A stretch of DNA of 64,000 bases from contig CP075497.1 of NCBI GenBank assembly GCA_021613535.1, forward strand, positions 2,480,001-2,544,000, read 5' to 3'. Position numbers and translations under genes: made by a program. The notes below the pieces were generated by a model. It saw only the letters and a list, made by a program, of their open reading frames with translations. It was not told where the DNA came from and did no database searches. This DNA comes from Adineta vaga. Its lineage: Eukaryota; Animalia; Rotifera. Of this stretch, positions 1 through 12,334 are shown in pieces. The number at the start of each line of letters is the position of its first letter. Position 1 is the stretch's first letter.

Positions 1-1519
1 TTACTAAATCAGGTTTCATTCGACCATATCCAGCGGGAAGCTAAATAGAAACAAAATAACATGTAGGAATATGACAAAATGAATTGAATATCTTACCTCC
101 CACGTCGTCATTCCTCGAGATGAAAAGCGTGATATGGCATCATCAACTGTTATACTTCCAACTCCAATTACATCCATTTGATCAGCAGGATTGTTCAATG
201 TACTATCAAAGGAAAGATAAAAATGAACTCATATACATAATAGATACGTCATAAGATGTCATACCCATATAGAGGTCCATCATTACCAATAGCTGAGACA
301 AGAATAATACTGTTCGAGGTTAAATCCCATACCTACAGAAATAGTAAACATCTCAACTAACAGTAAAAAGAAAACATACTTTATCGATAAATGGTTGATC
401 CATAAAATCTGGTCCACCAATACTTAAATTCAAAATATGTACTTTCTTCACAATAGCATAATTGAACGCGTCAAGAAACCAAGATGTATAAGAAATCTAA
501 ATAATCTTCAATTTTTATAATAAATCAATATCTATACAAAATAAATCATACCTGATTATTTGTAAATACTTTAAAGATATGTAATTGTGCTTCAGGAGCA
601 ATTCCTAAACATTCTTTATTACTACCGATAACACCGGCGACAAACAATCCATGGCCAATTGCTAAAAATGTGAATAATCTATTTTAAGAACGTTATAGAA
701 AATACTGTATTCTTACTATCATGATCATTCTTTTCATCAGTCCAATTCGTCACTTCAGCAATATTCGGAAAATGTGGATGACCATCTTGAATACCTGTAT
801 CAAATATTGCTACATGAATACCAGCACCTCGATGACCCATTTTCCATAATTTTGGTGCTTGTAAACTTTCCGCTATCCGTATATGATTCGGTGGACTACG
901 ATGTAATTTTCTTTTATTTCCATTAATATCATTCTCATTTTCAACTGAATATATCGAATAGTAATTTGTTTGTTTTTTTCTAGAATAATAGACGAGACTT
1001 ACCCTTGGAATAATGTATATAACGAGTAATCTGTCGATGAGGATTAACTGCTCGAATAAGTGGATGTTTTCTTAAAGCATCGATTATTTGTTCATCATCA
1101 TTAAACTATAATAAAAAAATTAAATATTCGTTTCTAAGAAGAAAAAAGGGAAAATCTTACTCGAACAATATCAAAATCGGACGGATAACGTTGCATTAAA
1201 TTGTTTCGTTTGACTATTTCATAATCAGATATCTGATTACGTTCGAAAACTCGTATTATATAATTTGATCGTGTTAATTCGTTGTAATAACCAGTAAATT
1301 GAACAATAAATTCTTTCATAGAAACCAAAAAATAGTAAAGACAATTTTTGCAAATCTATCTATCTTACCATCTTGTATCGTTTTCGCTTCATATTGTACG
1401 CTAAGGTTTTGTTCATCGGTATTTGTTGTTATATTACAAGAAAAGACTTCATTAGTATTGAGTGTTATTATAAAGGTGAGAAGATAAAAAAATAAACTCT
1501 TGTATAGAACATTGACCAT
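1..1519 (-). CDS. MBTPS1: Membrane-bound transcription factor site-1 protease (subtilisin S8); 5' part only, runs off the window start
   Basis: Signal peptide [14 protein letters not shown]. Spliced exons give [14 protein letters not shown] (catalytic Asp), [12 protein letters not shown] (catalytic His), [55 protein letters not shown] and SRGMTTWE. Confidence 0.95.
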
Positions 1520-1670
1520 CGTAGTCCATGCTGAATCGAAAAATGTTAATTGCAGAAGAATTTTTATTTCATTATCTAAAAATTCAACTTAATTAGACAA
1601 GTAATTATACAATAGAAATAAACATGAAAAAAGAAAAGAGAAAAAAATCATTATTCATTTTGTACACATG

Positions 1671-2195
1671 TTAAGCAGATCGATGAATCATTATTCCTAA
1701 AGATAAAAATAACTTCATCCAATACGGTTTTATTTGAAAATGAACGTACATGTTTATTGAACAAAAAGGACAATATGTCTTATTACATTGTGAACATAAA
1801 ATCAGATGATTTGAACAATATTGTTTTTCACAATAATCACAAATAGATACAATTGGTATTGTACAATGCATTGATGAACAACAGGACAACATTGAATTTG
1901 TTTTGCTTTCTATAATTTTGATAGAAAACTATATCTTTTGAATTCTATGAAATAGATGAATTTACCATTAGTTAATGTTGCATCTTTCAATTTACGAAAG
2001 AAATTCTTCGAACCATCGTATAACTTTTGTTGTGTTGTTTCTAATTGAAATGAAAATATTTAAGAAATATTTCATAACAAAGAAAAATGATTACATACGA
2101 AAGATATTATTTAAATGATATGTAGTCATTCTTTGTCGTTGTTTATTATCATGTTCATTATGATTACTTTCATCGAGTTTTCTTTTTCTTGACAT
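1671..2195 (-). CDS. SIVA1: SIVA-like apoptosis regulatory protein (Cys-rich zinc-binding C-terminus)
   Basis: ATG at 2195 (MSRKRKL). Middle exon ETTQQKLYDGSK resembles the Siva EKTxxLLFxGA motif. C-terminus C..CDYCEKQYC..CSQCNKTYCPFC..C. Confidence 0.65.
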
Positions 2196-2348
2196 GATCT
2201 AGAATTTATATCAAATTGAACTAAGCATTAGTTTACAATATATAAGATTAGTAGACGAAAACACAATAAAAAATATATATGCAAATACAGATTAGTACGA
2301 AAAATTAGAAGCAAAAACAAATGTTTATCACAGAAGATTCATATAATC

Positions 2349-3729
2349 TTAAAGTTCGTATTTAATTTGTGCTGGAGATTTCATATTGATATAAACATCA
2401 CTTTTTGATGAACCGAGTACACGAATTGCCTAAATATTGAAAGAATTATATACAAAAAGAATCTTATACAATCTTACCATATAATTCAAAAGTGCTTCGA
2501 CATTGAGTCGCATTTTATTCTTTAATTCAACATACGTATCTAAATATATATTCGAAATTTTCTATTGATTTATAAAAGAATGTCTTTGCTCATCTTACCA
2601 GCTTCGCTTGTATATCGTGCACGAACAGCTTCAGCTTCAGCATCGGCTCTAGAATTTAGATTATTCGATAGAAATACAAATCGAAATGAGAGAACTTACT
2701 GATTTAAAATAATGTTACTATCAGTATCAGCTCGTTCTTTAATAATCTGAGCTTGTTTTATGGCTTTTTGATATTCGGTACGGGCTTGTGTTAATAATTT
2801 TGGTCGTTCATTTTCTGCAATCTATTGAAAAAACGTTTTGCATTTATTGAAAAAAGAATCAATTTACTTTGATATTTTCCTTTGCTGCTTCTTTATCTTT
2901 AACCGCTGTTTCAAAATCCGATGGTCGACGAACATTATTTACCTAAATTGATATTCTTAAAAATGAAAAGCTCATCTTCTTCAATCGAAATGTATTACTT
3001 GTAAATCACGAAGAATGGCATAGAATGGACTGAAAGTTTGTTTCATTTCCTAGAAATATTCGACAATCGATCTACTTTTCTATGCATCAATTTACTTTAC
3101 TTCGAGTAATTTCACTTGAAAATAACCTCGCATACTTTGAAATGCTGTTGTATTAAAACTAAACTCAAAAACAAACTTTATTTTCATAATAAATTTCATC
3201 TAAACTTACTGTGCACATGTATCATGAACAGCAGCTCGACCAGTCGCATAAAGAATCTTCTTATATCCTTCAAAATCTTTGAATTGTAAAACAATATCAT
3301 ATAAATATTTCGGATCGGCTTGAAATTGTAATGTCACATCCAAACTAATCGATACACCATCATGATTCAAACACTAAATTTCCAAGGAAATTTTATTAAA
3401 ACAAAGAAAACTCAACAGAATTCAATTCATACTGAGATATCATCGAATTCCATTGATGTAAATACACTTGGAAATATAATAAATTGAAAACCTGGTGCAT
3501 TTAAATGTAAACCAGACGCTTGAACATCTCGACTAAGTTTTTTCGAAATCGTATTGTATGAAATAGCAACTACAAGGAAAGATCTTTCTATCATTGTCAA
3601 ACAAAATCCATTGAAATACAAACTTTGATCGGTATTTAATCGACCCATACTAGCAATTAAAAGTGAAATAATGGTAATAAGTGATAAAGCAACTCCAACA
3701 CCAATTAAAATGAATTGAACCCCTGCCAT
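2349..3729 (-). CDS. SPFH/band-7 domain membrane protein
   Basis: N-terminal TM helix, then SGLHLNAPGF and CLNHDGVSISLDVTLQFQ, with a coiled-coil AE/EA-rich C-terminus. About 10 exons with GT-AG introns; ends SPAQIKYEL*. Confidence 0.8.
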
Positions 3730-4017
3730 AATTGATATTTATCTAAAAAGAAACATGAAGATTATTCAGGAGAACGAAAATTCTTGCAAATTGTATATTG
3801 ACGACTAGCAAGTAAATAGATACGAAAAAAAAACACCTGACAAATGAATTATTTGAAGATAAAGAGATTATATAAATGAGCATTGGAGTGTCTATGTAAA
3901 TTACACAAAGAGAAGAAAGAAGAAAAAAAACATCTGACAAACAAAGTCATCTGATTTGATTTTCGTAATTCGTCGAATTGATATCTGACGGATATTATGT
4001 ACATTATCAGATCATTT

Positions 4018-7000
4018 TTAAGGCTTTGGACAACTCTAAAATAGAATAGAAAGTATTGAGAAAAGAAGATGCATTTCTAATTAAACATACTTGATCGCGT
4101 AAAACTTCCCATTCATTATAAGCACGTTGATAATTTTCAAATTCTTTACACCAATCATTGTATTTTTCAATATATTTTTCAGCTGTTAAACAGTTACATT
4201 CTCCATTGCCTAAAAACAATCCAATTTGAACTTCTTAAAAAACACGACATGAGACATTTCATGTGAAATTTTAATTATATTCAACTCCCATGATCATGTA
4301 TTGAACATGACACTCTTTGATCTTTCCGCTTAGTCATTGACAGGTCATAATTATCTCGAAATGATACAAATTTTCAATCAAAGATGATCTGACTCGTATG
4401 AGAATTGCAATAGGTTATTCTAACTTACGTCGTGATAGATTTGTAATTGTTGTTGATACATCTCCATATACAAATGCGTCTAATTAAAAGAACAGAGAAA
4501 AAAAGGCGTCAGTTGATAAGAGTTTTAATTATCTTACCACGATCTGTTTCAAGTGAATATGAAACAATAGGTTGATGACCAACAAAACAAGTATATTGAC
4601 CATTGAGGGAGTTGTTCATATTAATAATAATTAAATCTAAATAGTTTTCAATAGATATATTTGATGAAGAAAATCAATTATTTACTGTGTTCTTTGGTTA
4701 GAAGATAATTGTTAAATAGAGTTTCTTGAATATTTCGACCATTCCAACGCCATTCAATTGAGGTACGTAAATGTTCACTTACATCACATTGTAACCAAAC
4801 AGTTTCACCTTTCTTTCTTGTCAATTGAAGTATTTTACCTATAAACAAAAGAAATTTCCTCACCCATATCCTTAATTTTCAATAACATACTTGGACGTTG
4901 AACAGATTTCTTACACCAAGATTCCGGTTGTAAACGTGCAATGGCTAATTTTACATTACTAAAAGCAAACATATATCAATAACTACTGTGAAAACTTCAT
5001 CTGAACTTACTTTTCATCAACATTCAAGCATCGATTTTGTTGAACATCATAATGACATAATGGATCTCGTTCACATTCCATACACAACATATATCGACTA
5101 CATTGATTGATTGGAAATTGATAAACAGCTGCATCGGTTGATACATACAATTGTTTTGTATCCTAAGACAAAAGAGATTCATAAAAAAAAGTATTGATGA
5201 ATTTATATATTTTCTATTTACTTGAGCAAGAACCATATTTCTAATAGGAGATTTTTCACTGATATTTTCCTCCAATATCCACGAAGTTAATAAGGTAAAT
5301 TTCTCTCCGGTTTTCTTTTGTACTAATTTAAAAATTTGTCCATCTTGTGTACCAGCATAGACTACTGTCATTTGATGATCAGTATTTGAATTAATTGAAT
5401 CAGTCACAAGTCGAGTTATAATTGTATCTGACATTTGAAAAGCAATTTCCATCGGTGGCGATGAAAAGATATTTCCATTCATAAGAACATGTGAACGAAG
5501 AAAACTTAATGCCGTATCTGATAGTGTTCCATTTGATTCACACTATACAAGAAGATCAATATCGAATAAGGATCAAATGAAATCTGTTATTCTTACATTT
5601 TTTGATACACCTTCTGGAACATGATCACGAGGTAATTCTCTCCAGAAACTAGTCGAATCAGCTTCTTTGAAATTTCCATCGAGTGCTGCATCAATATCTC
5701 GTCGAGAGTATTCGCAAATAATTGATGTTGTTAGATCACCACTATTTCAAAATCAAGGATCAAGTAAATTTTATCTCACTAAACACTTACGGTGTACTAA
5801 TAAATGAAACAATAAATCGATCATCTTCGACTTTTGCCACAGCACCTAGAAGAAAATCCTTATTCTCTTCAATAAATCGACTTATTTAACTTACTGATAT
5901 CATTGAATACAAACGGCGATTCATTTGTACCACTTAAACAACTAATTCGTGCTTTACGGAATGTTGTCCATGTATTTGCCATGATTGTTGCGGTATCTAC
6001 ATCATTCTAAAATCAGACATTGAAAATCATTTATGTATTTGAATTCAAAATGAAGTTACTTTGCATAAACGACCAACACGAGAGTACATTTTTGGAAAGA
6101 TATCACGTTGTTCTTCAGCTTTTTCACGAAAGAAAAAATAGATATTGGAACCTATTTCAAACGATGCAATAAATTCCGGTGCTAAATGAAGAGAAGATAT
6201 AACACATAATTTATCGTCATTTCGAATTTACCACTCAGCCAATCTGTATCATATTGAGGTGTTCGTAAGAATTTAATAGTTCCATCATCAGATGGTGGAC
6301 GATAAATAATGGGCTCAGTTTTTGTATAATCAATTACAGCACCCGTATAAAAAAATCCATAATTTTGTGGATTTCCTTCATCTAAATAACGAAAACTATT
6401 TCATTTCAACTGTAATAATATCTTCTTACCTGACCAAAGCGCTGTATTATTATGTCGAGGATCACGTGAACAATAACCAAAACCTTCTTTACTTCCTTGT
6501 TTTTCCGTTAAATCAGGCTAAATAGATTTTCATCATGTTAAAGAAAACAAAAAACATTCATCGAATTTCTTACATTAAAATAATAGATTTTAGGTGAAAA
6601 TGCATTGGTTGAACATACAAATATATCATTATATTTACTTTTACGACGTAATAATACTCGGACATGATTTTCACAATCAAAAGCCTTGATTTCAAAATAA
6701 AAATATAATTAATACAAACATTCCTATCGTATGAAATGCTACACACCTGATTTAATGAATGTGATAAACATTTTTGTACTTCATCTCGTTTCGATGGAAT
6801 ATCAATGGATTTATAGATCTAATTTAATAAAAATTTATTATATGATTTATAATATCAAGACACTTACCGAACTGGTTCGATCTTCGATATTAACTCGATT
6901 TAATCGAACAATCAAATTTCTATTGAAAAAAACAAAACAAACATTAACAGGTCAGATAACAACTAAATATAATTTCACTTACTGTCCACCAACATAAAGA

Positions 7001-7209
7001 CTATCATCATCGAGTAAGAGATTCCAATAATAATTCAAACCTGATGTATATTTATGAATAGCTAGATTGCAACAAACAAATCAAGATTTCAATTCCGATA
7101 AACACATGTTTAACTTACAGTTTGGAACATATTTTGAATGAGGAATAGTTGATGAAGAAATACTATCAAGGAATATAATACCAAATAGAAGAACAACTAA
7201 ACTAGTCAT
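4018..7209 (-). CDS. Sema2a: Secreted semaphorin with Sema, PSI and Ig domains (Sema-2a type)
   Basis: Signal peptide; CSTNAFSPK, SRVGRLCKND, WTTFRKARISC; Ig motif VWLQC..IEWRWNG; C-terminal YNDWCKEFENYQRAYNEWE typical of class 2; no TM helix. Confidence 0.9.
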
Positions 7210-8380
7210 GATATCTAAAGAAAAAAGTAAGAAATTCACATCCATCGTTTTCTTATTGATTTCGTTTAATGAACTGTCGATATGCAATTGACAGAATAAG
7301 ATAGCGTACGATAATGTGCTGTCATCAAAAGGATATATGATTAAGTCAATGATATTACGCAACGTTCATCTTAGAACAGGATACTATCAATAATAGATTT
7401 TAAGATTCAATGCATTTTTCATTGTCGGAAAAGAAATCCTTTTTTTTCTTGAAGAACAAACAACACTTGAAGTGATCTATACTTTTGATAAAATTTTGTA
7501 AAGAATATAATAGGGCACGGAACAAGTGTAATAAATGATAAAAGTCTACTTAACAAACGAACGTCATATCTACCTTTTTTACAAAATGTTTAAAAAGAAA
7601 AAAAGTTAAACGAGCATGTCGTTTCGATGGTAGGTTTTGTCAAAGTAAGTTGTCAATATGAAACGAGCGACTTGTGTGAAAAAGGTAAAAACACAACAGA
7701 CGTTGTCGCTAGGTCAATAAAGACAATTAACGAGAGAAAAAAAGTCGAAGTTATGAATAAAGTTTCTTTCGAAGAAAAGATTAAACGAAAAAACACGATA
7801 GATTTGTCAAAATAGAATATTTTCCTTTCTAAACAAGTCACAATGACCGTCTCGTTCTCTATTTTTACTAATAATGTATTTTGAAGGACTAATGATAACA
7901 TATAATTATTCAGAAGACTACTAGCGACATCAGGTCAAGTGATTTAAATACAAAAGAAACTTCTCATCATAGATTTTTCTCAATGAATTTTATAAAACAA
8001 TATTTATTATTTATTGAAATAAAGATTTGAAAAGATTTCGTCAACTAAATACTAACGCCCTCTGTCTAAGAACCTTGACATTCGGATTGTACATCGAAGT
8101 AGACCAACACTGTAGAAACAGGAAGAAGATGTTCGATTCAATAAATACATTTATTTATTTTTTGTTTTGTATTTTAAGATTTCCATTAGAATTTCTAATC
8201 ATGAGAAAATGTTTATTCGTCATGATTACATTCTTTCATTCAAGTTTTTTTTTCCACATGACATTCTTCTATTGACTCATGTGATGTGATCTATTTGAAT
8301 GATATATTTTAGAATTATCTTGATCAATTTTTATTTCCTCATCGTTTTGGTTACTTATTATCTTAAACGGATCATCAATT

Positions 8381-10337
8381 ATGATGACCGTTTTGTCGAT
8401 AATTATTTTTTTATCTCTTCTCCCAAATGTTTTATCTGATGTATACGTGGTAAGATAAATTAGAATGATTTGACGGGTTTTTTTTTGAATTAAAATCTTT
8501 TTCTCTCTTAGTATAATGATGCAGGTAAAGTTGTAGAAGATTATGATGATCAAGCAGCAAATTTCGGTCCAGCATTTACATCGGAAGGAATAAAAGTAGA
8601 TCTTGTTCTTCTCGTTGATTGATCATATTTTTACTTTATAATTTTCAAAGGGTTATGTGGCGTTAACTAATCCAAAAAATGCATGTACAAAAGTCGAACC
8701 GGCACCGAATATATCAATCGCTGGATATCGTTGGATTGCATTGATTCCTCGAACAAATTCAGTTGATGTTTGTGACTTTGATCTTAAAGTAAAGTTTTCA
8801 TAATCAAAAATTGCTCGGATATATCTAGAAGTTATTTGTAGGTCTTAAATGCTCAAAATGCTAATTTTAGTGCAGTTATTATTTACAATTATCAAGATGC
8901 ACTTGTTTCCATGGGTCCACATGGTCGAAGTAAGTCAAAAGATTATATCGATAAATTTATTTGAATTTTTTTTTCTTTTATTAGATATTCAGATTCCATC
9001 AACATTAATAACTCATTCCGATGGATTGTCAATTATTTCAAATTATCTTTATAATAGAACTTCATCTAAGTCAACTCCACAGTAAGTAGATACGATATAT
9101 ATGTATATATATTTCTGTGTCATTTATCAATTTTTGTTTGTTTTTATTTATTAAATAATAGATTTCATATCAGAGTGACCGGTGAACAGTTATTCAATTT
9201 TCGTCCTTATTTAGTACCATTCCTTTGTATTGTTGGTATAATACTTCTTGCTCTCATTAGTTTCATGGTAAAATTACATTTCTAATTGAGAATTCTTTTT
9301 TCTTATGATTTACTATAGATGGTGAAATGTTATTTACAACATCGTCGTACACGACGTCATCGTCTGCCACGTTCAGCTTTGAAACAGTTGAAAGTTAAAA
9401 AATTCGTTAAAGGTGATCGATGGGAAGTTTGTGCTATATGTCTCGATGATTATGAAGAGGGTGCAAAACTACGTATATTACCTTGTGATCATGGTTCGTT
9501 TATTTACTACACTAACAACATAGCCTTCTTCATGATAATCAATTTCTTTTTCTTTTATAGCTTACCATATGAAATGTATTGATCCTTGGTTACTGAATAA
9601 TCGACGTCAATGTCCTGTATGTAAGCGCTATGTATTTCCAGATCATGATAATTCAGACGAAGAAAGTAATGATCATGCAGCAACTGAACAGACGCCTTTG
9701 ATACGACCATCGAATGATGATTCAATTCCTGATCCTTCGATCACTGGTCAAACAGGTAACGAAAATAAATTCTGTATAAGTCGAATAAATATGTAAATTT
9801 ATTGTAGAACGTCGAATAATTCGATCATTACATTCTGGTATTTCGATTAATAATAATCATCGTAATGAATTATCTGATTCTGATGAGAATAATGTTGATG
9901 ATACTGAAGATATTTCCGTACTACCAAGACAGTCAATAATCAATCGTATAACTACGACTGATCTTGTATTCGATCAGCCACAGTCAAACTTTCAACGTTA
10001 TTCTCATCCACAGCTACCGCGTATTGTTTTACGTCAATCAAGTGCTGATGAACAAAATAATAATACGAATACAACAACAACAACATCATATGGAAGTTTT
10101 CATGAATCTCCATCGGGATCCTTTACAACACCACGTGCTGCAAACTTTTTCGTTGGTTCACTAGGTGGTACAACTGATAATACTAATATATCAGCACGTT
10201 CAGTCATAGAAGATATGAGCGACGCTGAAACAGATGATAATGATGAACGAATGCATTCAGTATTAACTGACGTTGAAGTAAATGAAGCATACGTTCCTGA
10301 TGAAGAAAATACAGATGTACTTCGAATGAATGTATAG
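8381..10337 (+). CDS. RNF13: PA-TM-RING E3 ubiquitin ligase (RNF13/RNF167/godzilla family)
   Basis: Signal peptide MMTVLSIIIFLSLL; PA domain (AANFGP, CDFDLKVLNAQ); TM helix; RING-H2 [32 protein letters not shown]..CPVCK. Confidence 0.92.
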
Positions 10338-11461
10338 ATTTTTCTTTTATGTTCATTTTCTTGGCTTGTCTTTCGAAGTATTCAACAGTGGTTATCATTT
10401 TTCTTCTCTCTCTCTCTCTTATCTCTCCAATCGAGTTAATCGACGTCTCAATTTATCTGCATACAACAAAATACACAATAGACCTTGAAATTAACAATAA
10501 AGCTATGTTTCATTGTAATATTCGTTTTCTTTTTTTCTGTACTTTTTTTGTAATTTTTTTGTGTGATTATATGCTAATGAGAGAAAATTTAAGTGAAAAA
10601 TATTCATGAACAATATTGAGTCAATCACTCCAATGGTATAAAGTTGTGTATCAACGATGTATTGGAGTTGATCAAGAATGGGTACGAAGATTAAAACAAA
10701 CGGTGAAAGAAGAGGTTCCTAACAGTTCTACGATTTCAAAATGCATAATTTCTCAACCAATAGTTTTAATTGTGTTTTTGTAAACAGAAATAAAATACGT
10801 AAAAGAAAGAAACAACGATCATCCTTGTTATTTTCTTGTCACGGGAATAGCCGATATAGATATGTATACGTGTTGGACGACAGAAAGTATCATCGAGGCA
10901 CATTCACACATATATTCTTTGTTCGCGTGGTCGACGCATCACTCTCTTATTCTCGATGATATCAATTTAATTTTTTTTTCTTCGATGGCTAGTTCGCTCG
11001 TCCGTCTGTCACGAACTATAAAAAGACGAAGTTATTCATCTATTATTATTCTACATATTTTGTTAACATCTATTCAATTTCAAACCAACAAGAAACTTTT
11101 TCAGACGCCATCACCGGTTATCAGGAACGCTTTGATACATGACTCGGCGTGTCTGTTCACCGGTGAAAACTGTTTGAAAGTCGTTTGTCATATACAATCT
11201 CTTCTTATGTACATTATCACTGTTCGATGTGCCTCCCTTGAGTGATAGGAAAGACTAGGGAGATGCAGGAATAGTGCAAATGCGCAGAAGAATTTCCTAT
11301 TTTCTTTTTCTTTTGTCAAACGTGTATGAATGTGTGTCAAATACTGTTCTGCTTGTGCCGCGCTACGCAAATTGAAAGTGAGCGAAGTACAACAGACAGT
11401 AAATGACGCCATCAGTATCAACACTTATTTTAGTATAAATGAATTTTTATTTTGTGTAAGT

Positions 11462-11650
11462 TAGGCAACTGTTCAGTTATACCTCGCTCGGATATTAGTA
11501 GGAGCGAAGTACCACTGAACGGTAGTCGAATGAACAATCAATCTTCGATATTTACCTATATCAATAAGTGACTCTGATATTCATGTCACTGTATTTCCTA
11601 CCTCGCTTTTGGCTCTTGTATCAGCGAGTGTAGTTAATAGCAGTGACCTG
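11462..11650. repeat. Two tandem imperfect palindromes (TACCTCGCT...AGCGAG core); probable degenerate mobile-element remnant
   Basis: gttcagttatacctcgctc pairs with gagcgaagtaccactgaac; a second related unit is gtcactgt..tacctcgct / agcgagtgtag..cagtgac. Confidence 0.45.
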
Positions 11651-12334
11651 AAATGATCTGAGAATTCGAACACACACTCCTATGCTAACATATAACTAGT
11701 ATTTCTCTATTCTAGCATGTGTTTGAACATATTTATACTTGAAAAGAACTTTGAAGCTGGATAATAAATTCTATGAATATATGATTGGCATACAACGTGA
11801 CTAGATACATAGCATTTTTCATTGTTCCATCAACCATATTATAATCTAGTAATTGTTTCCTCAGTACGTGATTGCGATACTTTTGAAAATCAAAACAACT
11901 ATTAGATGAAATTGCGTGCATAACTGATTTAAATGTGAAGACAAATATCTCGAGATTATGTATATCGTAGCTGTTTCTTAGTAAACATGACAATAAAGAT
12001 TCTTCATTTTGGGAATACAACTGAATTGTATTTTCTTGACAGTTTATTGTTGTTCATTTGATGAGTTCAATAATGATGTATGAACCAAAAAATAGATTTG
12101 TACTATCGAAAAATAGTTACAGACATCGAATGATATTTAATCAAACAAGTACACAAGGAATGTACGAAAATGTCGAGAGTTGGCCTGATCTTACAAGTTG
12201 TTCCAGAGATCAGCTACTCAGAGTATGTAAACAGATAGCCAGGATCACTGCTGATTTGAAAAAGAAGGAAAAACGAATAATAGATATAAATTTGTAAAAA
12301 ATAAGTACAAGACAACAACAATTGAAAAACAAAA

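Noticed and set aside
10349-12297. Several 70-130 aa ORFs between RNF13 and the PTB gene
   Set aside because: No recognisable motifs or consistent exon structure; likely UTR or intergenic chance ORFs.
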